NCBI GenBank assembly: GCA_038087875.1
Contig: CM075991.1
Span: forward strand, 8,310,001-8,374,000
Source of the DNA: Malacoraja senta
Lineage: Eukaryota
Direction: 5' to 3'
DNA length: 64,000 bases
A program made the translations under genes and the position numbers. The notes under the pieces were generated by a model. The model was given only the letters and a program-made list of their open reading frames with translations. It did not search any database and was not told where the DNA came from. Shown piece after piece: positions 12,590-26,129 of this stretch. Position 1 is the stretch's first letter, and each line of letters opens with the position of its first letter.

Positions 12590-13605
12590 TCAAGAGTCAA
12601 GAGAGTTTATTGTCATGTGTCCCAAAGAGGACAATGAAATTCTTGCTTGCATCAGCACAACAGAATATAGTAAGCATCAATACAGAACAGTTAAGTGCGT
12701 CTATCTAGCAAAGACCATATATATACACGCACATAAATAAACAGATAAAGTGCAATAGGCTGTTATAGTTCAGACTTTGTTTGATGGTGTTTAACAGCCT
12801 GATGGCTGTGGGGAAGCAGCTATTCCTGAACCTGGATGTACCCGATTTCAGGCTCCTGTACCTTCTACCTGAAGGTAGCAGGGAGATGAGTGTGTGGCCA
12901 GGATGGTGTGGGGGTCCTTGATGATGCTGCCAGCCTTTTTGAGGCAGCGACTGCGATAGATCCCCTCGATGGTGGGGAGGTCAGAGCCGGTGATGGACTG
13001 GGCAGTGGTCACAACTTTCTGCAAACTTTTCCGCTCCTGGACGCTCGAGTTGCCGAACCAAGCCACGATGCAACCGGTCAGCATGCTCTCTACTGTGCAC
13101 CTGTAGAAGTTCGAGAGAGTTCTCTTTGACATACCGACTCTCCGTAATCTTCTCAGGAAGTAGAGGCGCTGATGTGCTTTCTTTATAATTGCATCAGTGT
13201 TCTGGGACCAGGAAAGATCCTCGGAAATATGCACGCCCAGGAATTTGAAGTTCTTGACCTTCCACCATCGTTCCGTTGATATAAACGGGATTGTGGGTCC
13301 CCATCCCACCCCTTCCAAAGTCCACAATCAGTTCCTTGGTTTTGCTGGTGTTGAGGGCCAGGTTATTGTGCTGGCACCATTTGGTCAATCGGTCGATCTC
13401 ACTTCTATACTCTGACTCGTCCCCATCAGTGATACGTCCCACAACAGTGGTGTCGCCGGCGAACTTGATGATGGAGTTCGCACTATGTCCGGCTACGCAG
13501 TCATGAGTATAGAGTGAGTACAGCAGGGGGGCTGAGCACGCAGCCTTGAGGTGTTCCCGTGCTGATTGTTATCGAGGATGACACATTTCCACCAATACGG
13601 ACAGT
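12590..13605 (-). mobile_element. Rex1/Babar-clade LINE, frameshifted RT C-terminal half plus 3' UTR
   Basis: GTPQGCVL...LYTHDC...IIKFAGDTTVVGRITDGDESEYR...WC...NNLALNTSKTKELIVDF; KFLGVHISEDLSWS...QRLYFLRRLRR; tail GACAATAAACTCTCTTGACTCTTGA. Confidence 0.9.
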
Positions 13606-14322
13606 TGCAATTCAATTCCTCATCGTCAGAAAAACACAGAATGACAAACCAACCTTCTCACTGCTATGTGTGAAATGGTTAGTTGCTTGCATAAACAATA
13701 TACTCTGAGGTATTTTGGAAAAGCTCTGACAAAATTATAAATAAATCCAAACCTTTCCGTTCATCGTAAAAATAATAAGATCACCATCTCCCCACTGCAT
13801 AAATATTATTTTCTATGAGTCACCCCTTCTTTCAATAAAAAAACGCAGAATGGTTGGTTATGTGTAAATGACAAGATAAGCTATTATGAAAGATTTTCAT
13901 TGTTTCCCAGAACATAAACTCATTCTCTGACATAGTGGTACTAATCATATGCTTCATGGCGGATCGCACGTCAAATAGTTCTGGGGTCAAGAAAGAAATG
14001 GGACAAAAAGACCAAGTTCTGCTTTTCAAAGCAGAACTTTGCCAAACCGAGACTTGTGCAATCAGATCCAGTTCAAATTACTGGAGAGAACAGAACACAA
14101 AGTTTGCTAAATCTAAGCAGATTGACCGCACGGTGCAAGGACAAGTTGTCTTTGACATTTACAAGCTTTTCAGGAACGCACGCAAAAGAGTTTAAACGAA
14201 AATACGATAAAAAATATAGTTCTGTGTGCTAATAAAGTAGTATTAAAAAGTAAAATTATTAATTATTGAGCAATAATAAACAAAAAACATGTTATAAAAT
14301 ACATTTATATCAAATTATTCCG

Positions 14323-14766
14323 TTTAGATTAGTTTAGAGATACAGCGCGGAAACAGGTCCTTCAGCCCACGAGTCCATGCGACCAGTGATCCCCGCACAC
14401 TAACACTGTCCTGCACACACTAGGGGCAATTTACAATTTTACCAAAGCCAATTAATCTGTACGTCTTTGGAGTGTGGGAAGAAACCGGAGCACCTGGAGA
14501 AAACCAACACAGCGCCAGAGACCCGGGTTCGATCCTGACTACAGGTGCTGTCTGTACGGAGTTTGTACATTCTCCCTGTGACCGCGTGGGTTTTTCTCCA
14601 GGAGTTCCAGTTTACTCCCACACTCCAAAGACATGCATGTTTGTAGGTAAGTAGGCTTCTGTACATTGTCCCTAGTGTGTCGGATGTGAAAGTGGGATGA
14701 TCAATGGTCAGTGTGGACTGGATGGGCCGAAAGGCCTGTTTCCACACTATATCCCCAAACTAAACA
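14323..14766. mobile_element. Two HE1 SINE parts fused in opposite orientation
   Basis: Minus copy 14323-14505 joined to plus copy 14506-14766, with a SINE tail at each outer end. Confidence 0.82.
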
Positions 14767-15554
14767 AAATGATATCTTGCTGAGAATAACTCTCCAAGAA
14801 CCTGGTTTGGTTTTCTAACGTATGAATTTGTTTTAGACATTCAGAAAGCAGTTGAGAAGGCAAAGTGCCCCCTCAAGTCTGCTCAAACACTTAAGAACCT
14901 TGAAGCTGATCCTTTACCTTGTCCGATCAGCCAGAATATGTTATTGATTTCCTATGGTTCCTGCTGCTGACTACGTTGATAGTGCTGTGGGCATGTGTTT
15001 GCTACATGAATTAACAATTTGGATTTGAATGAAGGAGGTATGATCGGTAAGTTCCCAAGATGACATTGAAAACGGTAGTAATCTTTTTAAAAGATACATA
15101 CTTCATCCCACCGAGTCCACACCGACTATTGATCACCCGTTCACACTAGATCTAGGTTACGTATCACACTGCACAGTGGCGCGGCTGGTGGAGCTGCTGC
15201 CTCACAGCGCCAGAGGCCCTGTGTTCCAGTGCTGTCTGTGTGGAGTTTGCATGATTTCCCTGCGACCACGTGGGTTTCCTCCGGGTGCTCCGGTTTCCGC
15301 GCACATTCCAAATGCGCGCGGGTTTGCAGGTCAATTGTCCTCCGTAAACTTCCCGCTAATGTACAGGGAGATGATGCGAAAGTGGAATAACATAGAACTA
15401 ATGTGAACGTGGTCAGTAGTTGGCATGGACTTGATGGGCTGAAGGGCCTGTCTGCCTGCTGTTTCTTTCAAATCAATTTTTCAATCCACTCCCTACACAG
15501 CGGGTGGAATTTAAAGAGGCCAATTAACCTACAAACCCGCACATCTTTGGGATA

Positions 15555-15790
15555 GAAGCATAGAAACATGGAAAATAGGTGCAGGAGGAGGCCATTCGGC
15601 CCTTCAAGCAAGCACCGCCATTCATTGTGATCATGGCTGATAATCCCCTATCAATAACCCGTGCCTGCCTTCTCTCCCATATCCCTTGACTCCACTAGCC
15701 TCTAGAGCTCTATCTAACTCTCTCTTAAATCCATCCAGTGATTTGGCCTCCACTGCCCTCTGTGGCAGGGAATTCCATAAATTCACTACA
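15555..15790 (-). mobile_element. CR1 3' end
   Basis: VVNLWNSLPQRAVEAKSLDGFKRELD plus tail. Confidence 0.88.
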
Positions 15791-16831
15791 AAATTCACAA
15801 GTGAAAACGTTTTTATTTTGGGGGGATGTGGGACGAATCCCAAGCAGTCACAAGGAGACTCCATACAGACAGCACCCAAGGACAGGATGGAACCCTAGTC
15901 TCTGGCACAGTGAGGCAGCAGCTCTACCAGCTGTGCCAAAGTGCCCTTGTGTTGTTACTAGTGGGGCCCATCTTAGGCGCGGGCATAATATTGATCCTTG
16001 GGTGGAATTTAATGCTGAAAAGTGCAAAGTCATGCGCTTCAGGAAGACTGAAGATGTGCACAAAGAACGGAGGGACTTAGAGAGTATTGAGGGAACAGAA
16101 TGGTGTCTTGATTCCTGAAGTCCCTGAAATCTGGTTACTGTCAGGTGTACCGACATAGAGGAAAAACCTTTTTTACACATGTTATCCAGGCAAATCATAC
16201 CGTACCTGAGTACATCAGGTAGTGCAAAAGGGAAATAAACAGAGTGCTTAATATAGTGTCGCAGCTACAGGGAAAGTGCAGATAAAAAAATGTGCAGGGC
16301 CCACAATGAGGTAGATTGGAAGATGGGGTAATTGCATTGACTACATTACAGCCAATGACTTTTTCCTGGGTCCACTAGTATTTCAAAAATTCACAACTGT
16401 CTGAGTAAGGAACTTCGCATCCCGGTCCTAAATTGTCAACGTCTTAAACTGAAACAATGGTGCCTTGTGCCCCCACTGACAACTTCTACCTATGGTGCAC
16501 TGTATCCATGTCAGTGTTAATAGCTATTCCCAATTCAATTCAGATTAAAAAAAAACACCTGTTCTAAGGAAAAGATCTGAATGGGATCATTGCAACCTTA
16601 ACATCAATTAGTTTCTTCCTTTTTAGATGTTGATTAACTGCAGTCTATTTTAAGGGCATGCTGCATTGGATTGATGGTATAATCTCCATCTCTGTCTAAT
16701 TGCACATGTTCACTTTTGGCACAGGGCTTGTTATTTTGATAGAGGAACATTTGAAACAAAATATATAAACAGGAAGAGAACAACTCTGCCTTCAGCTTCA
16801 ATCTGTTAAATTATATATCTTTGTTGAGGTT

Positions 16832-17158
16832 TTAGTTTGGTTTAGTTTAGAGATACAGCATGGAAACAGTCCCTCTGGCCCACCGTGTCCGCACTAACCA
16901 GCGATCGCCGCACGTTAACACTATCCGACACACACTAGAGACAATTGCTCACAATTTTATCAAAGCCAATTAACCTGCAAACCTGTACATCTTTGGAGTG
17001 TGGGAGGAAACAGGAGCACCCGGGGAAAACCAACACAGGTCACGGGGAGAGCGTACGAACTCCGCACAGACAGCACCCGTAGTCAGGATCGAACCCGGGT
17101 CTCTGGCGCTGCAAGCGCTGTAAGGCAGCAACTCTACCGCTGCGCCACCGTGCCGCCC
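16832..17158 (-). mobile_element. HE1-like SINE, subfamily with a duplicated CAGCGC segment in the head
   Basis: CTGGCGCTGCAAGCGCTGTAAGGC, also at about 21958 and 43345. Confidence 0.88.
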
Positions 17159-17990
17159 CATTCTTGCACAGTTTCTTGCACAACTTTGCGAATCCACAGC
17201 CCAATATTGCATGGAGTATTTGCCTTTATTTTATCTATGCACAACCCCCCCCCCCCCCCTTCTATTTGAACAATTTATAGAGCTCAATTGTGGAATGCTT
17301 CAGGATAAGTTGGTGCAAAGGCCACCTGATTACTGCTAGGGCCTCGTAAACAGAACAGAGGCAAGAATTTACTTTAAGCACAGATGCACAAACATTTCTG
17401 CTCCAGTTCTTTAGCCAAGTCTGGAAGGACTAGATTATTCCAAATCCTGGCATTCATAGAGTCATAGCGTCAGAGTGATACAGCATGGAAACAGGCCCTT
17501 CGACCCAACTGGCCCACACCGGCCAACATGTCCCAGCTACACTAGCCCCATCAGCCTGCGTTTGGTCCATGTCCCTCCAAACCTGTCCTATCCATGTACC
17601 TATCTAACTGTTTCTTGTTGGGATAGTCCCTGCCTCAACTGCCTCCTCTGGCAGCTTGTTCCATACACCCACCACCCTTTACCACCAGAGATTAAAAATA
17701 TATTTGATGCCTCGGAGTCATGGAAACCCATCCTGATGTTCATGAACTTTTTGAGCTTTCCCCAGATTGGTATACAGACGATCCCAATATGTCATCATCC
17801 ATGTGGCTTCTTGAGATTTAGCATTTGAAAGCAGCACAGTAATATTTCCAGACAAATACAACAGTAAAAGAAAGCAATCATATCAACTACCAAAATTGTT
17901 CGCTCCTCTCCCCACAGATGCTGCCCGAACTGCTGTGTCTTTCCAGTTTCTACCGTTGTTTTACACAAACCTAGGAGTGACTCACTGACC

Positions 17991-18300
17991 GGGGCGGCAG
18001 GGTGGCGCAGTGGTAGAGTTGCTGCCTTACAGCGCCAGAGACCCAGGTTCGATCCTAACCACAGGTGCTGTCTGTATGGAATTTGTACATTCTCCCTGTG
18101 ACCGCGTGGGTTTTCTCCGGGTGCTCTGGTTTCCCCCCACATTCAAAAAACGTACAGGTTTGTAGGTCCATTACCTTTGGTAAAATTGTAAATTGTCCCT
18201 AGTGTGTTGGATAGTGCTAGCGTACGGGGTGATCGCTGGTCGGTGTGCACTCGGTGGGCCGAAGGGCCTGTTTCCATGCTGTATCTCTAAAGTCTAGAGT
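17991..18300 (+). mobile_element. HE1-like V-SINE, full length
   Basis: GGGTGGCGCAGTGGTAG...GGTTCGATCC...GGGCCGAAGGGCCTGTTTCCATGCTGTATCTCTAAA. Confidence 0.92.
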
Positions 18301-18580
18301 CTGGAGTGGTAGTCAAGGGCTTCAAGAGGTTCCCATTTAGAATACATATTCCGTTGTGCTGCTGCAAGTAAGTATTTAATTGTTCTATATGGGACATACG
18401 AGAGTTAAAACACTCTTGACTCTAATGCTAATTGAGGAGTGAGTGGGTGGGAAGAGTGAGTGGGTGAAAGAGTGAAAAGAAGACTTTGCTCTTGAAGTCA
18501 CCTCAGGGGAGCTGTGATATGGAATGAAAGAATTCCACAGCACAGAAACAGGTCCTTTCGGCCCACTTTATCCATGCTGG

Positions 18581-18788
18581 TGTAGTGGCGCCTGTTGGCG
18601 CACGCAGGTATCGAACCCGGCGTTCGGAAGCCGCGGTCACGTGAGTCGGGAGGGGCTGCTTGTTTTCGCGCGGCAGTTCAGTGCTGACCACCGTTGTGGC
18701 CAGACGTGTTGTGAGAGCCTGTGAACTGAGAAGTGATTTTCTGAATAAAAATACGTTTGAAAACTCAGTTGTCATTCTTGCGGCCGCC
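18581..18788 (+). mobile_element. Possible solo LTR
   Basis: CpG-rich 208-bp block starting TGTAGTG, with AATAAA near 18744 and ending CA; no clean TSD. Confidence 0.4.
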
Positions 18789-18860
18789 AAATTGGCAAGA
18801 TTCATTGTACACCAATCCATTAGGTTCACATTCACAATGTGTAAAGGGTGTTTGGACAGG

Positions 18861-19130
18861 TGTTTAAGAAGGAACTGCAGATGCTGGAAATTCGAAGGCA
18901 GACAAAAATGCTGGAGAAACTCAGCGGGTGCAGCAGCATCTATGGAGCGAAGGAAATAGGCAACGTTTCGGGCTGAAACACTTCTTCAGACTGGACAAAA
19001 TGTTTAAGAAGGAACTGCAGATGCTGGAAATTCGAAGGCAGACAAAAATGCTGGAGAAACTCAGCGGGTGCAGCAGCATCTATGGAGCGAAGGAAATAGT
19101 CAACGTTTCGGGCTGAAACACTTCTTCAGG
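18861..19130 (-). mobile_element. Tandem dimer (140-bp period) of a hammerhead-bearing PLE mini-element
   Basis: TGTTTAAGAAGGAACTGCAG... at 18861 and 19001; both copies share the same private substitutions. Confidence 0.9.
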
Positions 19131-19349
19131 TACCTGGACAGGAAGGTGTGGTGGGATAAGGTCGCTCTGCACCATTCCTGTCCAAGTACCCGTCCAAGCT
19201 CCTTTTAAACACTGTAATTGTAGCCGTCTCTTCAACTCCACTGGCCGTGTTTTCCAGATAGCCGCCACCCTTGTGTGAGAAAATAATCCTCCTCATTGCC
19301 TTCAATATTTTCTCTCTTACATTAAACCTGTTCCCTCTAGTTCTAATCA

Positions 19350-20195
19350 GAATCACAATCATACTTTATTGGCCAAGTATGTTTTGCAACATACGAGGAA
19401 TTTCATTTGCCATATAGTCATACCAATAAAAAGCAACAGAACACACAAAACACATTTTAACATAAACATCCACCACAGTGACTCCTCCACATTCCTCACT
19501 GTGGTGGAAGGCAATCTCTTCCCATCTTTGTTAAAGAAGGAACTGCAGATGCTGGAAAATCGAAGGTAGACAAAAATGCTGGAGAAACTCAGCGGGTGAG
19601 GCAGCATCTATGGAGCGAAGGAAATAGGCAACGTTTCGGGCCGAAACCCTTCTTCCCATCTTTGTTCTCCCGTGGTCGGGGGCCTCGAGCACTCCATTGA
19701 CGGGGCGATCTTGGCTCCCATAGCCAGCGGCGTTTGGGCCCTCGTGTCGGGGCGATCAAGCTCCTAAATCGGGGGGGAATCTCAGCTCCCCCGCGCCGGG
19801 TGGGGGCTGGTCGAAACCTTCTACTTTGGAGTTTGGAGCTTCCCGACATCGGTCTCTACCCGAGACTGCGAGCTCCGCGATGTTGGAATCCGCAGGCCGC
19901 GGTTGGAGCGTCGATCCCAGGCAAGGGATCGGCTCCGATGGTAAGTCCACGTCCCCGCGGTGGGGCTCAAAGTCCCGAGCAAGGTCTCCAGCTCCACGAT
20001 GTTAGGCCGCAGAGCAACCGGAGATACGATCTCATCTCCGGCAAGGTAAGAGATTGAAAAAAAGATTCCCCCTCCCCCCACATAAAACAAACCAGAGAAC
20101 ATTAACACAAACTTTTAAAACACTCAAAATAACCACACAAAAAAACCGAAAAGGCAGACAGACTGTTGGCGAGGCAGCCACTGTGCAGCGCCCCC
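19350..20195 (-). mobile_element. GC-rich non-autonomous retroelement with a Rex1-like tail, interrupted by a PLE mini-element
   Basis: Tail CATACTTGGCCAATAAAGTATGATTGTGATT; GC-rich body closely matches 59900-60250 in reverse. Confidence 0.7.
19533..19655 (-). mobile_element. PLE hammerhead mini-element with TSD
   Basis: Flanked by TCTTCCCATCTTTGTT at 19517-19532 and 19651-19666, partly overlapping the element end. Confidence 0.85.
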
Positions 20196-20664
20196 TGGTG
20201 CTCCACTTTAGGAAAACGACTCCATCTCATCTATGACACTCTCCTATATTCCAGTGAGAATAAACACATACTATTCAATCTCTTATTATAACTATAACCC
20301 TTCATTCCATGCAACATCCTGGTGAATTAAATCCGCACGGACTCTGTCACTGCCACATCCTTCCTGTACTGCGGTTACTAAATCTGCATAGAATATTCCA
20401 AGTGCGATTTAATCATGTATAAATGCAACATGACGTGCCGACTCTTATTCTCAGCACCTCAAGCTGCAGGGAGAGGACGAATTGATTCCTCTGGAATGCC
20501 AAAAGTTAAGTAAGTTTATTGGCCAAGTAGTCACATACAATGAATTTGCCTTGGTGCTCTGCCCACAAGTAACAACATGACATACAGTGACAGTTACGAA
20601 TGACTCAGAAAACACTAAACAAGTTATGGGGAGATCTGATAAAAGATCTGATCTGATCTGACCT

Positions 20665-21000
20665 GATGTGGTGAGGACATTTCCACTGGCGGGAGAGTCT
20701 AGAACTAGAGGTCACAGACTCAGAATTAAAGGATGTTCTTTTAGGAAGGAGATCTTCTTATCGAGAAGGCATTTCTTTAGTCAGAGGGTGGTGAATCTGT
20801 GGAATTGTTTGCCACAGAAGGCTGTGGAGGCCAAGTCTATGGATATTATTAAAGCTGAGATTTTGATTTGTAAGCATGTCAACGGTTCTGGGGAGAAGGC
20901 AGGAGAATGGGGTTGAGAGGGAAAAAATAGATCAGCCATGATTGAGCAGCAGAATAGACTCAATGGGCCGAATGGCCTAATTCTGCTCCTACGACTTATG
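20665..21000 (+). mobile_element. CR1 3' end (older subfamily)
   Basis: GESRTRGHRLRIKG...FFSQRVVNLWN..PQKAVEAKS; GGGCCGAATGGCCTAATTCTGCTCCT tail. Confidence 0.87.
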
Positions 21001-21676
21001 AACGTATAATAATATGATTTTATATATATGAATGAATATACGGCAAAGTAATAATTTGACAAAGGTAGGCTTTAAGGAATGACGTGGAAGGTAGGAGATG
21101 CAAGGTAGGGGAGGAATTCGGAAGCATTGGACACAGAAGGTTGAAGGCATCACAGTAATATGAAACAATACAATATGATACTATAGAACTATATTTATCC
21201 CAGGAGGAAACTTGATCTGCCAACAATCATAAAATACATGAAACATGAAATTAAAGTGACGAGTGGAAAGGATTGGGGATGTGCAAAGATTGGGGGGGGG
21301 GAGTCAGTCTCTGTCTACCCCACGACAGAATGGGGAGGAGTTGTACAGTTTGATAGCCAGTAAGTGAGAGAGACAAAGCCCAGAATGAACAGGTAGTTGG
21401 AACAAGGAACTGCAGATGCTGGTTTACCAAGGAAAGACACAAAGTGCTGGAGTAACTCAGCGCGTCAGGCAGCATCGTTGGCGAGGTGACGTTTTTCAGA
21501 CTGATTGCAGGGGTCGGGGGAAAGAAAGCCAGAAAAGTCTTCTAGCTTTTACCCCCCCCCCCCACCCCTATCCCACTAACCACAATCAGTCTGAAGAAGG
21601 GTCCTGACCCAAAACGATAACTATCCATGTTCTCCAGAGATGCCGCAAGACCCGCTGATTTACTCCAGCACTTTGT

Positions 21677-22012
21677 GTTTAGTTTCATTTAGTTTAGTTT
21701 AGTGATACTGCGCGGAAATAGGCCCTTCGGCCCATCATGTCCGCCCCGACCAGCGATCCCCGCACATTAACACTATCCTACACACACACACTAGGGACAA
21801 TTTTTAGATTTTTACCAAGCCAATTTATCTACGTACCTGCACGTCTTTGGAGTGTGGGAGGAAGCCGAAGATCTCGGAGAAAACCCACGCGGGTCACGGG
21901 GGGAACGTACAAACTCCGCACAGACAGCACCCGTAGTGGGGATCGGACCCGGGTCTCTGGCGCTGCAAGCGCTGTAAGGCAGCAACTCTACCATTGCGCC
22001 ACCGTGCTGCCC
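21677..22012 (-). mobile_element. HE1-like V-SINE
   Basis: Reverse-complement consensus match. Confidence 0.9.
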
Positions 22013-22755
22013 CTGTCTTTCCAGAATCAACAAATCAATCTGCTTGGCTGCATCAGAAGGGTGAGCAGGAGGGGCATGGTTTGAACAAAATATGTCTCTC
22101 TAGTCTGCAGTGTAATTTGGCAACAAGAAAGCAGAAGGCATGCATTTGCCACAGCTTAGCGAGCAACTTCCCTCACAAGGGCCAAACTATCCGGCAGATG
22201 GGCATTGGTCAATAAACATTACACCAGCAAATGCCGAGCCTTTTATAAGTGCATTCAGATGATAGCTCTGTGCTTGTGTAGTTGGGTTATGAGTTAATTC
22301 CTTCTAATTCCCGGTGCCTGTGATCTCTCAAGCTGACAGCAGCACAGCTTGGCTAATGCAAAATAATGAAAGGCTTGCAGACTTGTGCGTGCAATCCATC
22401 TGAGGCTTCAGAGAGGCTGCCTGCAAGTTTTTTCAAAGCAGTTTATGTGGGTTGTGCTGTGTCAGCTTCTAGTAGCTGCTGAGCGAGTTTGCTTCTGCTG
22501 TGAGCGAGTACTTCTACCGATCGCTGTTGTATGAAGTGTGGAGCCCCCGAAGTGGGGCAGGTTGCTGCCAGACCCCGGGAACCCACCTGGAGACCTTTAG
22601 TTCAGTTTAGCTTCTCATCTCCTTTCTAAAGGTACATCCTTTTATTCTGAGGCTATGGCCTCTGGTCATAGACTCTCCCACTAGTAGAAACATCCTCTCC
22701 ACATTCACTCTAACCACTTTCACTATTCGGTAGGAATTAAACTTGTTTCAAACAA

Positions 22756-23225
<470 letters not shown>

Positions 23226-23229
23226 ACTT

Positions 23230-23535
23230 GGATAGAGTGGATGTGGAGAGGATGTTTTCACTAGTGGGAGAGGCTAGGACCAGAGTCCACAGTTTCTTTA
23301 GGAAGGAGAAGAGGAGGAATTTCTTCAATCAGATGGTGGTGAATCTGTGGAATTCTCTGCCACAGAAGGCTGTGGAGGCCAAGTCAATGGATATATTTTA
23401 AAGGCAGGGATAGATAGATTCTTGATTAGTACGAGTGTCAGAGGTTATGGGGAGAAGGCAGGAGAATGGGGCTAGGAGGGAGAGATTGAATGGCGAAGTA
23501 GACGATGGGCCGAGTGGCCTAATTCTACTCCTATG
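23230..23535 (+). mobile_element. CR1 3' end
   Basis: GGATAGAGTGGATGTGGAGAGGATGTTT...GAATCTGTGGAATTCTCTGCCACAG... tail. Confidence 0.85.
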
Positions 23536-23869
23536 AGTGGGAGTCTCGTCTGTGGCTGGTCTCCTGCCCGCCCCCGAACACTGGGAACTAGAGAGGAGAT
23601 TGGAGGGCGCGGACGCTGGACAAAGGGCCGGTAGGAACTACCGGGGTGTCTTACCGGGGGATGAGAAGGACATTGGGCGATCCGGATCATGGTGATGAAT
23701 CCACGGGCCTTTATGGCCAGCTGAGGCTAGGACTTTCAAAACGGCACCAAAACCGCTGCAACTCTTTGCCTTAGGACTGTTTCCACACAATCTGTACTTA
23801 CTCAGGGATTATACCCAGGAGGAGGCCCAGGGCAGAAAGGATTTAAGACGAGAGGGAAGAAATTTAAAG

Positions 23870-24380
23870 GTCTAGGGAGATCTTTCAAGATGAGGGAACC
23901 GGGGTCTGACCTACCACGGCCTCGTGTTCGGCTGCGGGAGGCGCGCCCCCGGGAAACAAAGGTGGACGGGCGAGGAGAATGGCGTGGAATCCAAGGAAGG
24001 AGAATGCTGGAGGCCCCGCAACAGCCTGGGTCTCGCCTGGAACTGGCCCGCTGCAGACTGCAGGAGTACGTGCTGAGGGACGCACTGAAGCTCGGTGCAG
24101 CCAACGCCAAGGCTCGGTGGGGGAGGACCACAGTCTAGGGTCCTTCCGCTGTTGGACATGGGGGGGGGGGGGCAGGGTGTGGCGGAGACGCCCCACAAAA
24201 ATAAGGGAACGGATTCCACGCCAGTGGGCCACATGAGTGGCAAGGGTTAAATTTATGTAAACAGTATTGAATGTATGTATAGCCTCTGAGAATGTCGGCT
24301 GGTGTTTCGTAAGGATCATGTATTGTATATATTTATTTCTCGAATAAAATATATTTTGAAAATAAAAAATAAAAAAAATA
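23870..24380 (+). mobile_element. Tx1-clade LINE 3' end with poly(A)
   Basis: LARCRLQEYVLRDALKLGAANAKARWGRTTV stop, 3' UTR, AATAAA and A-rich tail; related fragments at about 26480-26550 and 26855-26990. Confidence 0.7.
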
Positions 24381-24764
24381 ATTATAACAACAAATTAAAA
24401 AAAAACTGGAGAGTGGACTTAGAAAATGGCGCCATAACATGGTGCCCCTTGCTTGCAGGATCAATAGACTGTTTCTGTACACTTGTTAATTGGGGATTGG
24501 AGGCATGGCAATACTCCAATGGATTGTTCCACGGAATTTTTTTTTCACCATGTTAGCTCTTCGCCCATTTGACAATAAGAAGCATTGTTGAACCATTGTG
24601 TGGCAATAATCTCACTGATCTGTGTGCGAAAAAAACTGGTTCACTGTACCTTGGCATGCGTGATAGTACATGACCCATGATTCACCGGCCCCATTGTTAC
24701 TGCTACTTCATCAGTAGGTCAGACAAGATCTGTGGAGGAAGTGGACAGATGACGTTTTGAGACA

Positions 24765-25103
24765 TTGAAACATAGAAAATAGGTGCAGGAGTAGGCCATT
24801 CGGCCCTGCGAGCCAACACCGCAATTCAAAATAATCATGGCTGATCATCCAAAAACAGTACCCCGTTCCTGCTTTCTCCCCATATCCTTTGATTCCATTA
24901 GCCCTAAGAGAAATTCCACAGATTCACAACTCTCTGGGTGAAAAAGTTTTTCCTCATCTCAGTCCTAAATGGCCTACCCCTTATTTGTACACTGTGACCC
25001 CTGGTTCTGGACTCCCCCAACATGGGGAACATTTTTCCTGCTTCTAACCTGTCCAATCTCTGAAGAGCTTTATATGTTTCTATAAGATAGCCTCTCATCC
25101 TTC
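24765..25103 (-). mobile_element. CR1 3' end
   Basis: ORF 24904-25098 carries CR1 motifs. Confidence 0.88.
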
Positions 25104-26129
25104 AGTCAAGCCCTTCTTCAGAACTACTCTCAATGTGAGAAAGGGACCCAACCCAAAATATCATCTGTGTATTTCCTCCAGAGATGTTGCCTGACCTGCC
25201 GAGTTCCTCCAGCACTTTGTACTTTGTGATGACACTGGTGTTGGTTGAAGCTTGGCTGGCCCCCATCTTCCACAAGACAACAGCGACCCCATTAGTGACA
25301 ATGCAAGGCTCTGAAGATACAACTGCGACTGCTACAAGGCTTCGCACTCTTCCTCGGTTGGCAACTAGGCTAATAGTTAGAGACACAAGGATTCTTGAGC
25401 AAAACACAAAGTGCTGGAGTAACACAGCGGGTCAGGCAGCATCTCTGGAAGACACGGACAGGCGGGTGTCCCGACCCGAAACGTCGCCTATCCACGTCCT
25501 CCAGAGATGCTGCCTGACCTGCTAAGTTACTCCGGCTCTTTATGCCGAGGCTAATAGCAGGTTCACCCAGATAAAAGGCAGACCTCTTTATCTGCTGTCG
25601 GCTCGGAAACTATGTGAATAATCTTTGCTTTTTTTACTTTGAAAATTGGCCTGTGAAGAGATAGTCTGACAGGTTGCAAATCAGCACGATATTGCCTGAG
25701 CAAGTAGGCTAATTACATTGAATTATTCAGCATTGAAAATCTACATAAATGTTTCAACCATCACTAGTCAGCAGGTGCTCGACGGAAAAGGCTACAATTC
25801 TGTTTGATTTTAAGGCGTTAGAAACCAGGGAGAATCGTCTGTTCGAGAGCAGGCTGATCTGTATAGACTCCAGCGGGGTTAGCTGAACAGGTCTGGGCAA
25901 AATCTCACAAACCTCTGGCAATCTTCTGTGACACTGGATATACACAAAATGCTGGGGGAACTCAGCAGGACAGGCAGCATCTCTGGAGAGAAGGAATGGG
26001 TGACGTTTCGGGTCGAGACCCTTCTTCAGTGTGAAGAAGGGTCTCGACCCGAAATGTCACCCAAATGTCGGTGTAAACCAGCATCTGCAGTTCCTTCCTA
26101 CACATTCTGTGCCAGTGGAACTGCCTTAA

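Noticed and set aside
13832..14195. Overlapping ORFs with acceptor-like sites on both strands and a 12-bp palindrome at 14014-14039
   Set aside because: No recognisable protein, no matching donor, lengths within chance expectation
24380..24430. U2 snRNA target next to the Tx1 element (Keno-type)
   Set aside because: Flank shows no U2 sequence
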